Assembly (NCBI RefSeq): GCF_000025505.1
Contig: NC_013849.1
Span: forward strand, 450,001-482,000
Reading direction: 5' to 3'
Length of the DNA: 32,000 bases
Source: Ferroglobus placidus DSM 10642
GTDB taxonomy: Archaea > Halobacteriota > Archaeoglobi > Archaeoglobales > Archaeoglobaceae
Shown here: positions 1-9,740 of the stretch, piece after piece
Numbering within the stretch: position 1 is the first letter of the stretch
How the letters are laid out: each line of letters opens with the position of its first letter
Program-made: the position numbers and the translations under genes
Notes under the pieces: generated by a model
Seen by the model: only the letters and a program-made list of their open reading frames with translations
What the model was told of the DNA's origin: nothing
The model's database searches: none

Positions 1-657
1 CTTCCTGAGGATGAGAGGGAGCTTGCAGCCCTCTATGACAGACTCCTCATAAGGTACACGGTGGGATACATCAAAGATGATGCAAGCTTTGAGGAGATGC
101 TGAAAGGGGGTGAAGAGTACACTCCAAAGACCAGAATAACGATGGATGAGCTGAAGGTGATGCAGGGACAGGTTGCCGGGATAGACATCTCACGGGTGAT
201 ACCATCAATTGTGCAGCTGAGGAAATCCCTGAGGGAGAGCGGGATCGTGGTGAGTGACAGGCGCTTCAAGCAGTCCATATCCGTCATAAAGGCTCATGCA
301 TTCTTCAGTGGCAGAAGTGCTGCAACGATAGACGATCTCAGGGTTCTGCAGCACATCATGTGGGACACTCCCGAGCAGATAAGGGCTGTGAGGGCGGTGA
401 TCATGGACGCAGTCGATCCGTTTGCAAGGAAGGTGATGGAGTACAGGGACATAATCAGCGATTACTCATCCAGACTGCAGGGCAGGATAGATGCGGCGGA
501 GATACAGGAGATAATGGCTAAGCTTAAGGTTGTTGAGAACGAAATCAAGGAGTTGAGCAGGATGGCTGTGAGCAGCGGGAGGGATACTGCTGAGCTGGAT
601 GAAATCCTTGACGAGATACAGTCGCTGAAGATGAGCATGCTGGACAAGATGTTCTGA
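1..657 (+). CDS. RavA/MoxR-family AAA+ ATPase, C-terminal part (5' end outside window)
   Basis: Frame is open from base 1 (LPEDERELAALYDRLLIRYTVGYIK...). The C-terminal lid/helical region ends in a coiled segment, and the gene is immediately upstream of a VWA gene. The track start at 61 is internal. Confidence 0.65.
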   Translation, partial: LPEDERELAALYDRLLIRYTVGYIKDDASFEEMLKGGEEYTPKTRITMDELKVMQGQVAGIDISRVIPSIVQLRKSLRESGIVVSDRRFKQSISVIKAHAFFSGRSAATIDDLRVLQHIMWDTPEQIRAVRAVIMDAVDPFARKVMEYRDIISDYSSRLQGRIDAAEIQEIMAKLKVVENEIKELSRMAVSSGRDTAELDEILDEIQSLKMSMLDKMF

Positions 658-754
658 TAGGAGTGTATTACCTCAAAGCGAGCTTCAGGAGCGAAGAGGA
701 GGCAGAGATGGCTGTCTTGGCGAGTTATCTGAGTTATCTTAATGAGGTGGTGGA

Positions 755-2164
755 ATGCTCGAAGATCTCCTCAAAATCTACGAGAAAGTACCATACACCG
801 TGAAAAAGGACAGGCTTGACGACATGCTTTTCGGCAGGCACAGGGACAGGATTGTTGAGAAGGTGAAGGATAAGGTTAAGGAAGCAATACCCCAGTTTCC
901 TCCATTAGTCACAGACACGTTCAACATTTTTCACAAGCCAGACCCGCAGTTTCTGGATGATAGCCAGATAGCTCCGGAGTTCAGGGTAAACAAGAGGGTG
1001 CTTGAGAAGATTATGAACACAGACACCTTCAGCGAGCTGAAGGAGACAACAACCCTTGACGATGTGAATTCTGCGATAGCCACAGCAATTCTCACGGAGA
1101 GGCTGTACGAGGAGCTTAAGAGTAAACTTGGGGAGATAAAGGAGCACACCGAGAAAATCCAGCAGCTGAGGAATCAGCTGCCAGGCAAGAGCGGAGAGGA
1201 TGTCAAGCAAGCACTCCAGCAGATCGAGGAGCACAGCAGGGCTTTACAAGGCATTGTAACACAGGGTGCTGTCAGCGTTGCTGTGAGAAAAGCCCAGGAG
1301 GAGTTTGAGAAGGTGCAGAATGCAATGGTAGCTCTTGGATTTGGAAATGAGCCGGGAAAACCAGTACAGGTTGACCCTGAGACAGCAATAAAGCTTGCCT
1401 CTGAGCTGAAAAGCAATGAACGGCTAAAAAAGATGGTGGAGCTGCTGGGGAAGATGCGGAACCTGCTGAAATCAACCGCCAAGGCCAAGCCGAGAAAGAG
1501 CATGCTTGAGCTGCACAGCATTACATCCGGCAGGGAAATCGAAAGATTGCTCCCATCAGAGATTCTGAAGCTCAGAAAATACAGGGTGGTGTTCCTCAGG
1601 GACTACTATGAGGGAAGGCTCTTACACTACGATTTGAAGAGGAGGGAGAAAGAGAGTAAGGGCCCGATAGTGATTGCTCTTGATCTGTCGGGATCGATGT
1701 CCGGAGCAAAGGAGCAGTGGGCCAAGGCAGTCTCGCTTGCCACAATAGATATTGCAGTGAAGGAGAGGCGCCCATGGGCCATTATAGCCTTCGACGCAGG
1801 GATAAAGGATGTTAAGGTGTTCAGAAAACAGCCGAAGCCCGAGGATGTTCTGGGGATAATGAGAATAGGAGCAAGCGGTGGGACAAACTTTGAAAAGCCC
1901 CTGAAAGAGGCAATGAAAATTGTTGAGGATTGCAGGGAATTCACAAAGGCAGACATCCTCTTCATCTCAGATGGTGACTGTAAGGTTGGGTGGGAATTCC
2001 TTGAGGAGTTTACAAGGTTCAAAAGGCGGAGAAATGTCCGGGTTACGGGTGTGCTGATAAGCGGAATACCACGGATTATGAGGATGTTCTGCGATGAGGT
2101 GTTTGCTCTGAAGGAAAGGCTTGACGATAAAGCTGCAGAGGCAATATTTCAGAGGCTTGTTTGA
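755..2164 (+). CDS. VWA-domain protein, ViaA/CoxE-like, probable partner of the upstream AAA+ ATPase
   Basis: MIDAS motif DLSGSMS, downstream GGTNF and FISDGD. Long helical N-terminus. Adjacent to the RavA-like ORF. Confidence 0.8.
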   Translation: MLEDLLKIYEKVPYTVKKDRLDDMLFGRHRDRIVEKVKDKVKEAIPQFPPLVTDTFNIFHKPDPQFLDDSQIAPEFRVNKRVLEKIMNTDTFSELKETTTLDDVNSAIATAILTERLYEELKSKLGEIKEHTEKIQQLRNQLPGKSGEDVKQALQQIEEHSRALQGIVTQGAVSVAVRKAQEEFEKVQNAMVALGFGNEPGKPVQVDPETAIKLASELKSNERLKKMVELLGKMRNLLKSTAKAKPRKSMLELHSITSGREIERLLPSEILKLRKYRVVFLRDYYEGRLLHYDLKRREKESKGPIVIALDLSGSMSGAKEQWAKAVSLATIDIAVKERRPWAIIAFDAGIKDVKVFRKQPKPEDVLGIMRIGASGGTNFEKPLKEAMKIVEDCREFTKADILFISDGDCKVGWEFLEEFTRFKRRRNVRVTGVLISGIPRIMRMFCDEVFALKERLDDKAAEAIFQRLV

Positions 2165-2257
2165 TTCACAGATCAAACTTCAACCATTCTGCACCACTGC
2201 CGGTCATAAGCCCCAAGTTTTTTATCAGATTTTCGGATTTTTTGAGGAGGGTTCTGT

Positions 2258-2698
2258 GTGAGGAAAAAGGATGTATGTGTGGGGGTGGTAGACGGAGAAA
2301 AGGCCAGAGAGTACAAGCCAACCCTGCACCCCTTCGTAAGCATTTACCGCAAACACGGTGATGACTTAGTACAGGAATTCGTTTATACCTCCGACGGATG
2401 GGTTCCCACATGGAGACTGCCGACGAGGGAGAACCTAAGGAAAATTGAGGACGGTGAGGATGTTGATGCAGTCTTCACAGTTCTCATAAGAGAGGGGAGT
2501 TTGATCAAGAGGGTGATAAAGCACAGAGGTAGAACAGTAACAAAGCTGTTCATATTCACGCGATTCGGTCTATTGGAGCAGGAGTACGAGTACAGGATGG
2601 GAACTTGCGTGATCGGCAAGAAAAGCGGGAGTTACTTTGCTCTGAAAACAGGATTGAGGGTTGAAGAGAGAGATCATGTTTTTTGGACGCAAGAGTGA
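2258..2698 (+). CDS. hypothetical protein (146 aa)
   Basis: Long plus-strand ORF with an upstream GGAGG-like SD, in the same operon direction. Confidence 0.6.
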   Translation: MRKKDVCVGVVDGEKAREYKPTLHPFVSIYRKHGDDLVQEFVYTSDGWVPTWRLPTRENLRKIEDGEDVDAVFTVLIREGSLIKRVIKHRGRTVTKLFIFTRFGLLEQEYEYRMGTCVIGKKSGSYFALKTGLRVEERDHVFWTQE

Positions 2699-2712
2699 GT
2701 GGAGGTGAGAAC

Positions 2713-3174
2713 ATGCTTGGGTGGTTGATAGGCAAAGGGGAGAGCAAAGCCAGGGGGAAAGAGAGAGGGAAGAAGAATAGGAAGAGGGAGCTGGGGAAAA
2801 TAAAGTTCAACAAAATTCTGGACAGGATCTCTGCTGAGGTGCAGGAACTGCGGGACGAGTGGATGGATGTGGTGGAGGACTGTGACGAAGACAGAGAGGA
2901 AGAGGAGTGGGAGGAACTCCTTAAGAAGATAAAGGAGATCGAGGAAAAGTACAGCGAGAAGACTGGATTCAACATAAGGGTAAAGGTGAACAGAGAGGGG
3001 AATGCCATGTCAATCTGGATCAACGACCTGCGGTTTGACTACGAGTTCGTGGACATACTCGAAGAGTACGAAGAGAAAGAAGAGGTAGAGGTAGAGGATG
3101 GAGGGGCTTTGACAGGAGAGGTGAAGAGGGAACAGACTGAAGTCCTCCCGTCTCGCGATGTGATGTACGTCTGA
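2713..3174 (+). CDS. hypothetical highly charged protein
   Basis: ORF open from 2683; the ATG at 2713 follows a GGAGGTGAG SD. Acidic coiled-coil-like composition. Confidence 0.6.
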   Translation: MLGWLIGKGESKARGKERGKKNRKRELGKIKFNKILDRISAEVQELRDEWMDVVEDCDEDREEEEWEELLKKIKEIEEKYSEKTGFNIRVKVNREGNAMSIWINDLRFDYEFVDILEEYEEKEEVEVEDGGALTGEVKREQTEVLPSRDVMYV

Positions 3175-3233
3175 TTTTTGGCTCGTTTTTGGTTTTAACC
3201 CGTTTTTTGGCATTTTCCGAACTGGGTGATTTT

Positions 3234-3563
3234 ATGGAGGATGTAGTGGTTAGAAGATATGAGAATTTTGAGAATTATTACGACCTGGTAGAGCTGCCAG
3301 GCGGGTCGCACATACCAGTTCCAATTGCCATCCAGCTTGTTGGAATAAAAGAGGTGGCAAAGATTCCGGTGAGCCGGAAGGTGAGAAATGATAACTTCTT
3401 TTACTGTCTGGAGTGCGACGAGCACTCTTTCTTCAAGTGCTGGGAGCACTACGAACCAGAGATCGATGTGGAGGAGGATCTGAAACTCAAGGAAGCAGTA
3501 TTTGTCTCCCTCATCAGGAACGGCAAGCACAGAAAGTGCAGATACATCATTTCCATTTACTGA
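3234..3563 (+). CDS. small protein with putative metal-binding Cys/His cluster
   Basis: ATG after GGTGAT. Contains YCLECDEHSFFKCWEHY. Confidence 0.6.
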   Translation: MEDVVVRRYENFENYYDLVELPGGSHIPVPIAIQLVGIKEVAKIPVSRKVRNDNFFYCLECDEHSFFKCWEHYEPEIDVEEDLKLKEAVFVSLIRNGKHRKCRYIISIY

Positions 3564-3602
3564 TTGGTTTTTTGGCTCTTTTCTGGATTGGAGGTGATTT
3601 AA

Positions 3603-4871
3603 ATGTCTGTATCCGAGGAGGTTGGTTCAACCTATTATGAGGTGGACCACGACGAGCTCCTTGAGGATATCATAGATGCTTACGAAACGAGGGAGCCCCT
3701 GTACATCTGGGGCAGGACGGGGATTGGTAAATCGTATACTGTGAGGGAAGCTGCCAGAAGGCTTGCAGAGAAGTTCGGAAGGAAATACTCTGAAAGGCCG
3801 GAGGATGCGGACAGCGAGCACTTTGTGCTGGTAGATAGAAGGCTGGCGCAGATGGAGCCCACAGACCTGCTGGGGGTGCTGTACAAGGACAACGGAGTTT
3901 CGAAGTGGCACTACCCTGACTGGTTAGTGAGGCTGACAAAGCAGTGGGAAGAACAGCAGGGAGTCGAGGTAAAAGGGATACTCTTCTTTGACGAACTCAA
4001 CCTCGCTTCGCAGATAATACAAAATGCAGCATATAGCATAATAAATGAGAGAAGGATCCACGAGCTTGAGCTTGCAGATGGAGTGACAGTAATTGCTGCG
4101 GGCAATGTTGCCGAGGATAAAGCATACACCTTCGATCTGGCAGACCCGCTGAAAACGAGGTTCACCCACGTAACCCTGAAAATACCCGTTTTCAAGGATG
4201 AAGAGTCAAGGAAGGGCTGGTACTACTGGGCTGCTGAGAAAGGCATTGATGGAAGAATTCTTGCCTTCCTGAGCTTCAGACCCGATTTACTGTTCAGATA
4301 CATTGAGAACGACAGAACCTTCCCAACTCCGAGAGGCTGGGAGAAGGCATCGAGGCTGATGAAGAGGAAGTCCAATGAAGAGGCGTGGAGAGCTGTTGCC
4401 AAGGCATGCGGCTATGCTGCAGGGCTCCAGTTCAAGGAGTTCATGGAGCTCAGCGCAGACATAGACATTGATGAGGTTCTGAAGAAGCCTGAAATGTTCC
4501 TGGACTTCGACATATCTGTGAGATTCTCGGTTATAGCCTCCCTATCACACCTCTACACACAGAAGCCCGACAGGTATGCTGAGAGGATGATGAAGTTAGC
4601 GGCACATCTCTTCACGGGCATCTACGACGACAGAAAGCTGAACGAGTACATCAGGCTGGCAGAGAAGTATGCAGGGACGGCGAAAGAGAGTGAGGATGAG
4701 ATGGAGAAAATCAGAAGAAAGATGAGGGAGATGGAGGGTGAAAGACAGGCGGAGCTTGCAGCCCTTATCCTTTCAAGCATGAAGGATGTGAATAGGGAGA
4801 AGTTCTCAGAAGTGCTGTTCAAGTCAAAGTACTCCACAGCAGTCGTGGACCTCGTTTACTACACAATCTGA
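3603..4871 (+). CDS. MoxR-type AAA+ ATPase
   Basis: Walker A WGRTGIGKS, Walker B GILFFDELN, sensor region VIAAGN, DPLKTRFTH. Confidence 0.85.
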   Translation: MSVSEEVGSTYYEVDHDELLEDIIDAYETREPLYIWGRTGIGKSYTVREAARRLAEKFGRKYSERPEDADSEHFVLVDRRLAQMEPTDLLGVLYKDNGVSKWHYPDWLVRLTKQWEEQQGVEVKGILFFDELNLASQIIQNAAYSIINERRIHELELADGVTVIAAGNVAEDKAYTFDLADPLKTRFTHVTLKIPVFKDEESRKGWYYWAAEKGIDGRILAFLSFRPDLLFRYIENDRTFPTPRGWEKASRLMKRKSNEEAWRAVAKACGYAAGLQFKEFMELSADIDIDEVLKKPEMFLDFDISVRFSVIASLSHLYTQKPDRYAERMMKLAAHLFTGIYDDRKLNEYIRLAEKYAGTAKESEDEMEKIRRKMREMEGERQAELAALILSSMKDVNREKFSEVLFKSKYSTAVVDLVYYTI

Positions 4872-4903
4872 TTTTTTGAATTTTGAATTACCGGGTGGTG
4901 TTA

Positions 4904-5317
4904 ATGTCCCTCTTTGACCAGATTGTTGAGATTAACAGAAAAATGTTTGCCGAGGGAAACAGCCATCCCGCGCATGTAATCCTTGTCAGGGATGATGAGC
5001 CTCTGGGGCTTATAGTTCTGCCCTTCATCGACAGCTTCATAAAGCAGCTAATTTTCGGCGTTGTCATCCCGCAGATAGTCAGAGCGCATGCCCCCGAGGC
5101 GTGCATCTTTGTCCTGCCATCAACAATGAAGGAGTTTGTTCATGACAGGGTTGAGGTCGAGGATGTGGTGATGGTGCAGGAAGTGGATGCAATCAAGATC
5201 AGGACAGTGATAATCAAAAAAGGAGAGATTGTTGAGCCTGAAGAAGAGAATGTACAGGCAAACCTCCTTGAGCCGGTCAGAGAGGCCATGAAGTCTGTGT
5301 GGGAAGAGATAATCTGA
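4904..5317 (+). CDS. hypothetical protein (~137 aa)
   Basis: ORF with GGTGG SD before ATG at 4904, located between the MoxR and metallopeptidase/VWA genes. Confidence 0.65.
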   Translation: MSLFDQIVEINRKMFAEGNSHPAHVILVRDDEPLGLIVLPFIDSFIKQLIFGVVIPQIVRAHAPEACIFVLPSTMKEFVHDRVEVEDVVMVQEVDAIKIRTVIIKKGEIVEPEEENVQANLLEPVREAMKSVWEEII

Positions 5318-5336
5318 TGCGGGTGAGGGAGGGATA

Positions 5337-5825
5337 GTGATGTGGGCCGTCCACGCAGGTCCATGGTGGGAACCAAAGATTCTCAGGGTTTTCAAAAACA
5401 GGGAGGATGCTGAGAAGGGAAGGGTAGTTCTTGCATACGAGCTTGCTCGGAAAAGAGCGATAGATCCCCTCGACGAGATAGGGAGCTGTCTGGACGATCT
5501 CGGAGTGCTTGAGCTCGAAGCGGAAAAACCACCCTCCGATGAGGAGGTGCTGGGCATTCTGAAGGATACCACAACCTCTGCTTTCGAGGAGGGGCTTGCT
5601 GGTGCATTGAATAACATGCGCACCCTGCTCGATGCAGTGGCAGAGCTATACGATCCAGACGCAATTCTGCAGAAGATTGCAGAGGGTGTGAAAAAGTACA
5701 GGGGGAATTCGAAGCACATCCCGATTACCAGCAAAGCTCTCGACGACTTCATTTTTGAGGTTGCAGACGCACTCGGAATTTCGGAGGAAAGGGTGAAGAA
5801 GGTGCTGCTTCCCGCAATTCTGTAG
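5337..5825 (+). CDS. hypothetical protein with shared C-terminal helical domain and KKVLLPAIL tail
   Basis: ORF. The C-terminus resembles those of ORFs 10076-10537 and 10552-10806. Confidence 0.65.
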   Translation: MMWAVHAGPWWEPKILRVFKNREDAEKGRVVLAYELARKRAIDPLDEIGSCLDDLGVLELEAEKPPSDEEVLGILKDTTTSAFEEGLAGALNNMRTLLDAVAELYDPDAILQKIAEGVKKYRGNSKHIPITSKALDDFIFEVADALGISEERVKKVLLPAIL

Positions 5826-5882
5826 GACTGCTGAGAACTCTTTTCTGAATCGAGAAGGTGTTAGGCTTGTTACTCTGTAGTT

Positions 5883-7325
5883 GTGTTTTGCGTTTGGATT
5901 TGTTTGGGAGGTGGTAAGGTGCACGAGCAAGACATGTTCAAACTACCTCCAAGAGAGAGGGTGAAGAAGGCAAGGGTAAAACTCCTGAGAGAGAAGCCGT
6001 TTTTCGGCTATGCTTTGATGCACATCCCTTTGGTGGCAAAGGATGATCCAAAGCCTAAGGGCCCGAAGATCGTCTACAACCCCGATTTTGTAGAGAAGCT
6101 TGACGACGATGAGCTCCAGGCAGTTCTCTGCCACGAACTGCTCCATTATCTGTTGATGCACACCAAAAGATCAAAGGAGATGCGCAGAAAAGAGAGAGAG
6201 GGGACGCTCAATGAATACGACAGGAGGAGGAACATTGCTGAAGACATTGTGGTGAATGCCCTCCTCACAAAGAATGGATTTAAGCTCCCGGAATCGAAGG
6301 TGATAATCAGCGGTAATGAGATAAAGGTGAGGCAGGGTGCAATTGTTCCTCAGCTTGACTACAGAACCGGCAAACTGGTTGTGAGGATGAGGGATGCAGA
6401 GGGCAAGTTATACGAGATATTTGACCCAGAGCAGAAGTCAGCTGAGGAGGTTTACTGGGAAATAAAGGACTTTGCCGTGGGCGATGATGGTAGCGATGAG
6501 GATGACACAATGTACTTCTCGGATGATGAGAGCTACGACGACAGCGAGGAGAGTAGAAGTAGAAGTGGTGGTGGTAGCAGCAGCAGAGGTGACCGTGGCA
6601 GAAAAGACAGAGAAAGTAAAGGAAAAGGAAAAGGGGAAGTTAAGGATAAAGATAGAAAGGACACGGAAGCTGGGAGTGATGGCGGCAATGACGGCAGTGA
6701 CAGCAGAGTTAAATCTCCCGCACAACTGCTGAGCGAGGCTTACAACTACGCCAAAATGCAGGGCAAGGATCCGGCAGGGTTTGACAGGCTGGTTGAGAAG
6801 GCTTTGAAACCAAAGATCAACTGGAAGGCACTGTTAAGGCAGCACGTATCCAAGATGGTACCCCACGACTACAGCTTCCTCAAGCCGAGCAGGAAGAGCC
6901 CGCCGAACATTATCCTGCCCGGGATTGTTAAGGGAGAGAGCATTGAGGGCATTGTTGCTGTTGATACATCCGGATCGATAAGCGATGAAGAGCTTTCCCA
7001 GTTTTTATCGGAGATAAGATGGATCGCCAGAAACTACCCATCAATCAACATAACGCTTGTGAGCTGCGATGCAGCAATCCATACAGAGGAGCAGATAAGG
7101 AGCAGATACGAGCTTGATAAGTTCAAGCCGAAGGGTGGAGGGGGAACTGACTTCAGACCCGTGTTTGAGCTTGCAGCAAAGAAGAGGGCAAGGCTGGTCA
7201 TATACTTCACAGACGGCTACGGCTCATTCCCCGAGAGAAAGCCAAGATTTTCAACAATCTGGGTTGTGTCCGAGCAGGGAGCTCCGGAATCTCATTTCCC
7301 GTTCGGCAAAGTCATCAAGATGTGA
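5883..7325 (+). CDS. DUF2201-like putative metallopeptidase plus VWA-like domain
   Basis: HELLHYLLMH (HExxHxxxxH), Ser/Gly/Lys/Asp-rich linker, DTSGSIS, GGGGTDF, YFTDGYG. Confidence 0.8.
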   Translation: MFCVWICLGGGKVHEQDMFKLPPRERVKKARVKLLREKPFFGYALMHIPLVAKDDPKPKGPKIVYNPDFVEKLDDDELQAVLCHELLHYLLMHTKRSKEMRRKEREGTLNEYDRRRNIAEDIVVNALLTKNGFKLPESKVIISGNEIKVRQGAIVPQLDYRTGKLVVRMRDAEGKLYEIFDPEQKSAEEVYWEIKDFAVGDDGSDEDDTMYFSDDESYDDSEESRSRSGGGSSSRGDRGRKDRESKGKGKGEVKDKDRKDTEAGSDGGNDGSDSRVKSPAQLLSEAYNYAKMQGKDPAGFDRLVEKALKPKINWKALLRQHVSKMVPHDYSFLKPSRKSPPNIILPGIVKGESIEGIVAVDTSGSISDEELSQFLSEIRWIARNYPSINITLVSCDAAIHTEEQIRSRYELDKFKPKGGGGTDFRPVFELAAKKRARLVIYFTDGYGSFPERKPRFSTIWVVSEQGAPESHFPFGKVIKM

Positions 7326-7331
7326 GGTACC

Positions 7332-7886
7332 ATGACAGACTGGGTTCAATTCTCATTAAAAATGCTGGAGAGAACCTGGAAAGAGAACTACAAAAGAATC
7401 TCAGTCACATGGGTCTACGAGTCTGCAGTCCCGGACGAGATCGGAAAAATAACGTACGTAGAGATATGTGAAAGAGAGATAAACAGCCAAAAAGACCTTC
7501 AGAGATGGCAAGAGAGGTTGCAGATGTATCCTTTAGAGCTAGTATCTTTTCTTGATGAAAATGAAGATATGAGGAACTTCAAAGATATACTCGACGATCT
7601 GAAGAGATGCGAAAGATTTAGAATTGATGCCTGTATTAAGATTGTCAAAAAAGTCAAAGAAAGGCTGTATCTCGCCACACTACTTGGAGATAGTTATTTG
7701 CTTAAACTGCTCCCTGAAGGCAGAAAACAATTAGTATTTGACGTCTTTCCAGACAGAAAATATCAATGGGTCAGGCTACACTCGGACTCCGAAGACGATA
7801 TCTTCACCGACACAGTTCTTATAAAAGATAAAAGAGAGATGTTATTCGAATGTAGTATCGCTGTTTTTGTAATTTATGTTTATTAA
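7332..7886 (+). CDS. hypothetical protein (184 aa)
   Basis: Long ORF directly after the metallopeptidase/VWA gene. Confidence 0.6.
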   Translation: MTDWVQFSLKMLERTWKENYKRISVTWVYESAVPDEIGKITYVEICEREINSQKDLQRWQERLQMYPLELVSFLDENEDMRNFKDILDDLKRCERFRIDACIKIVKKVKERLYLATLLGDSYLLKLLPEGRKQLVFDVFPDRKYQWVRLHSDSEDDIFTDTVLIKDKREMLFECSIAVFVIYVY

Positions 7887-7903
7887 AGAGGAGGTGATGT
7901 GTG

Positions 7904-8962
7904 ATGGTGGTTGAAAATTTTGAAATAAAAAATCCCTATGCTTCTAGAATTCTCGATAAACTTCCGACATGGATCAAGTCTGCCAAACCAAAGTATCTTG
8001 TCCTAAGTGGTGTTTCACCATATCTTGACGAGTTCAGAGCGTACCTTTTAGATCAAATACACAGCATATATGGCATTTCCTTTGACCTCACAAGCGACAA
8101 AATATACCACAAAGGCGAGGAAATTTCACCAGAGCTATTTCTATACTTCTCGGAAGAGAGTCCGAAGGAAGGTCTTTTCTACCTCGACCTATTGGTTTTC
8201 AGAGCTATAGCTCTTAACCACTTTGGAAAAATAATTGAAAGACATGACATTGATGCCAGCGAGGACTACATCGCCAGTGGATACAAGCTCTTTCCGCCGG
8301 TCTCTGATTTTCTCAAGATGCTTGACGTAAGCTGCACCGACATCATTGATAGCATCGATAGTAGCTCTCTCGACAACCTGCCAGCGATAGGCACGGAACA
8401 CGAGAGCCTACTGAGTGCGTTTGGATTCAGAGGACTTAACATCTGGGGAACAATTCCCATAGCAAGCTACAAAACGGAGAAGAAGGAGAACTTGCTACTC
8501 GTTTACAACACTCCACTACATCTGCCGGTACACAACACAGCATATCTTGAAAACATAAATCCAAAGAAAAAAGCAGACTCATACTTTGCAGAGAGGCTTG
8601 CTCCAGCATTCGATTTCTGGATTCCAGATAAGTCTGAAGTCGAAAGATTTGCTTTGATGGACATTGAAGGCTACAAGCTCACAGTTCTAAGGACGATAGT
8701 CTACATACTCGGATATCCTACAGTGAGAGTCAGCATTTGCGATGAAACAGTAGAAGCAAAGATCAGAATCGGAAAGTACGGAGATCCAGTGCTTGAGATT
8801 GACGACGTGTGCGACCACGACTACAAGTGGGTCATTATACCAACAGAGAATGCAAGAGAAGCTGCAAGAGTTCTTGATGAAATACTAACATACAACTTTG
8901 GGATCAGTGAAATCAGGAGAACTTCGAATCCTAAAGCAGTCTTTGCAACCTATGAAATTTAA
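7904..8962 (+). CDS. hypothetical protein (~352 aa)
   Basis: Long ORF; GAGGAGGTGAT SD upstream of ATG at 7904. Confidence 0.7.
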   Translation: MVVENFEIKNPYASRILDKLPTWIKSAKPKYLVLSGVSPYLDEFRAYLLDQIHSIYGISFDLTSDKIYHKGEEISPELFLYFSEESPKEGLFYLDLLVFRAIALNHFGKIIERHDIDASEDYIASGYKLFPPVSDFLKMLDVSCTDIIDSIDSSSLDNLPAIGTEHESLLSAFGFRGLNIWGTIPIASYKTEKKENLLLVYNTPLHLPVHNTAYLENINPKKKADSYFAERLAPAFDFWIPDKSEVERFALMDIEGYKLTVLRTIVYILGYPTVRVSICDETVEAKIRIGKYGDPVLEIDDVCDHDYKWVIIPTENAREAARVLDEILTYNFGISEIRRTSNPKAVFATYEI

Positions 8963-9030
8963 TCTTTTTAACATTAGTTCATTATTTAAGCTTTTGAGGT
9001 TAAAGTTGTGGTGGAAAAAGAGGTGGTGGG

Positions 9031-9510
9031 ATGGTAAAGTGCTATGTGTGCTGGAAAAGATTTGGTAGCAATGAAGAGTTCTTCAAACATGCCGTAGAAG
9101 AGCACGGTAGTATAGAGGAAGCCATCTACGAGATAGAGGAGATACGCGGAGAGCCCACCGAAGCCCTTAATGTTCCTGGCTTCATAGAAGCCGAATATGA
9201 CTCAGAGGTTCTGAGAGTCAAGAAGCTGCGAGGTGTTGCAGACAACAGATATTTCATTGACGTACACGACTGCCACGGCAGATTGCATTTCGGAGTTGTC
9301 AAGGATGACTGGAAAAAGATCGGTGATGGTTGGTTTTCTGTCCCAGGACTTCTCTACAGAAAAGACATTGAGAAAGAGCTTGAAAAGATCTGCTGGATGG
9401 TCCTGGAAGATAGAGGTGGAGCAATAAACATCTCGGGGAAGTATTACCTCGACGACGAACACATAGGAAGAATACTCTTCCTCACGGGAGTTTGCGGTTT
9501 AGAGGGATGA
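9031..9510 (+). CDS. small protein with N-terminal C2H2-like zinc finger
   Basis: MVKCYVCWKRFGSNEEFFKHAVEEHG. GAGGTGGTGGG SD. Confidence 0.7.
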   Translation: MVKCYVCWKRFGSNEEFFKHAVEEHGSIEEAIYEIEEIRGEPTEALNVPGFIEAEYDSEVLRVKKLRGVADNRYFIDVHDCHGRLHFGVVKDDWKKIGDGWFSVPGLLYRKDIEKELEKICWMVLEDRGGAINISGKYYLDDEHIGRILFLTGVCGLEG

Positions 9511-9550
9511 GTGAAGAGGGAAAGAGCATGAATGTTGAGAACTTTTGTAA

Positions 9551-9726
9551 CATAAATTTTGGAATAAACCCAAAAATAACGGGATTTTTCGGGTCACATT
9601 CCTATAATTTGTGGGATAAACTGAGGTAATAAAAAACGCAGAGAGCCTCTTTTATTACATAAATTTTGGGATAAGCGTGAAAAAGCCCGGGATTTTTTGG
9701 CTGTATTCACATATTTTTTGGAATAA
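9551..9726 (+). repeat. four imperfect 17-bp direct repeats, consensus CATAAATTTTGGRATAA
   Basis: Copies at 9551-9567, 9603-9619, 9658-9674 and 9710-9726; start-to-start spacing 52, 55, 52 bp, in the largest clean intergenic gap of this part. Confidence 0.8.
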
Positions 9727-9740
9727 AAGGAGGTGGGATT

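Noticed and set aside
5120-5752. 210-aa minus-strand ORF
   Set aside because: Antisense shadow of two well-supported plus-strand genes; low-complexity Ser-rich translation.
6500-6725. Ser/Gly/Lys/Asp-rich segment with long alternate-frame ORFs as a separate gene
   Set aside because: It is an in-frame linker between the HExxH and VWA-like domains; the alternate-frame ORFs (e.g. 6472-6732) are low-complexity products of biased codons.
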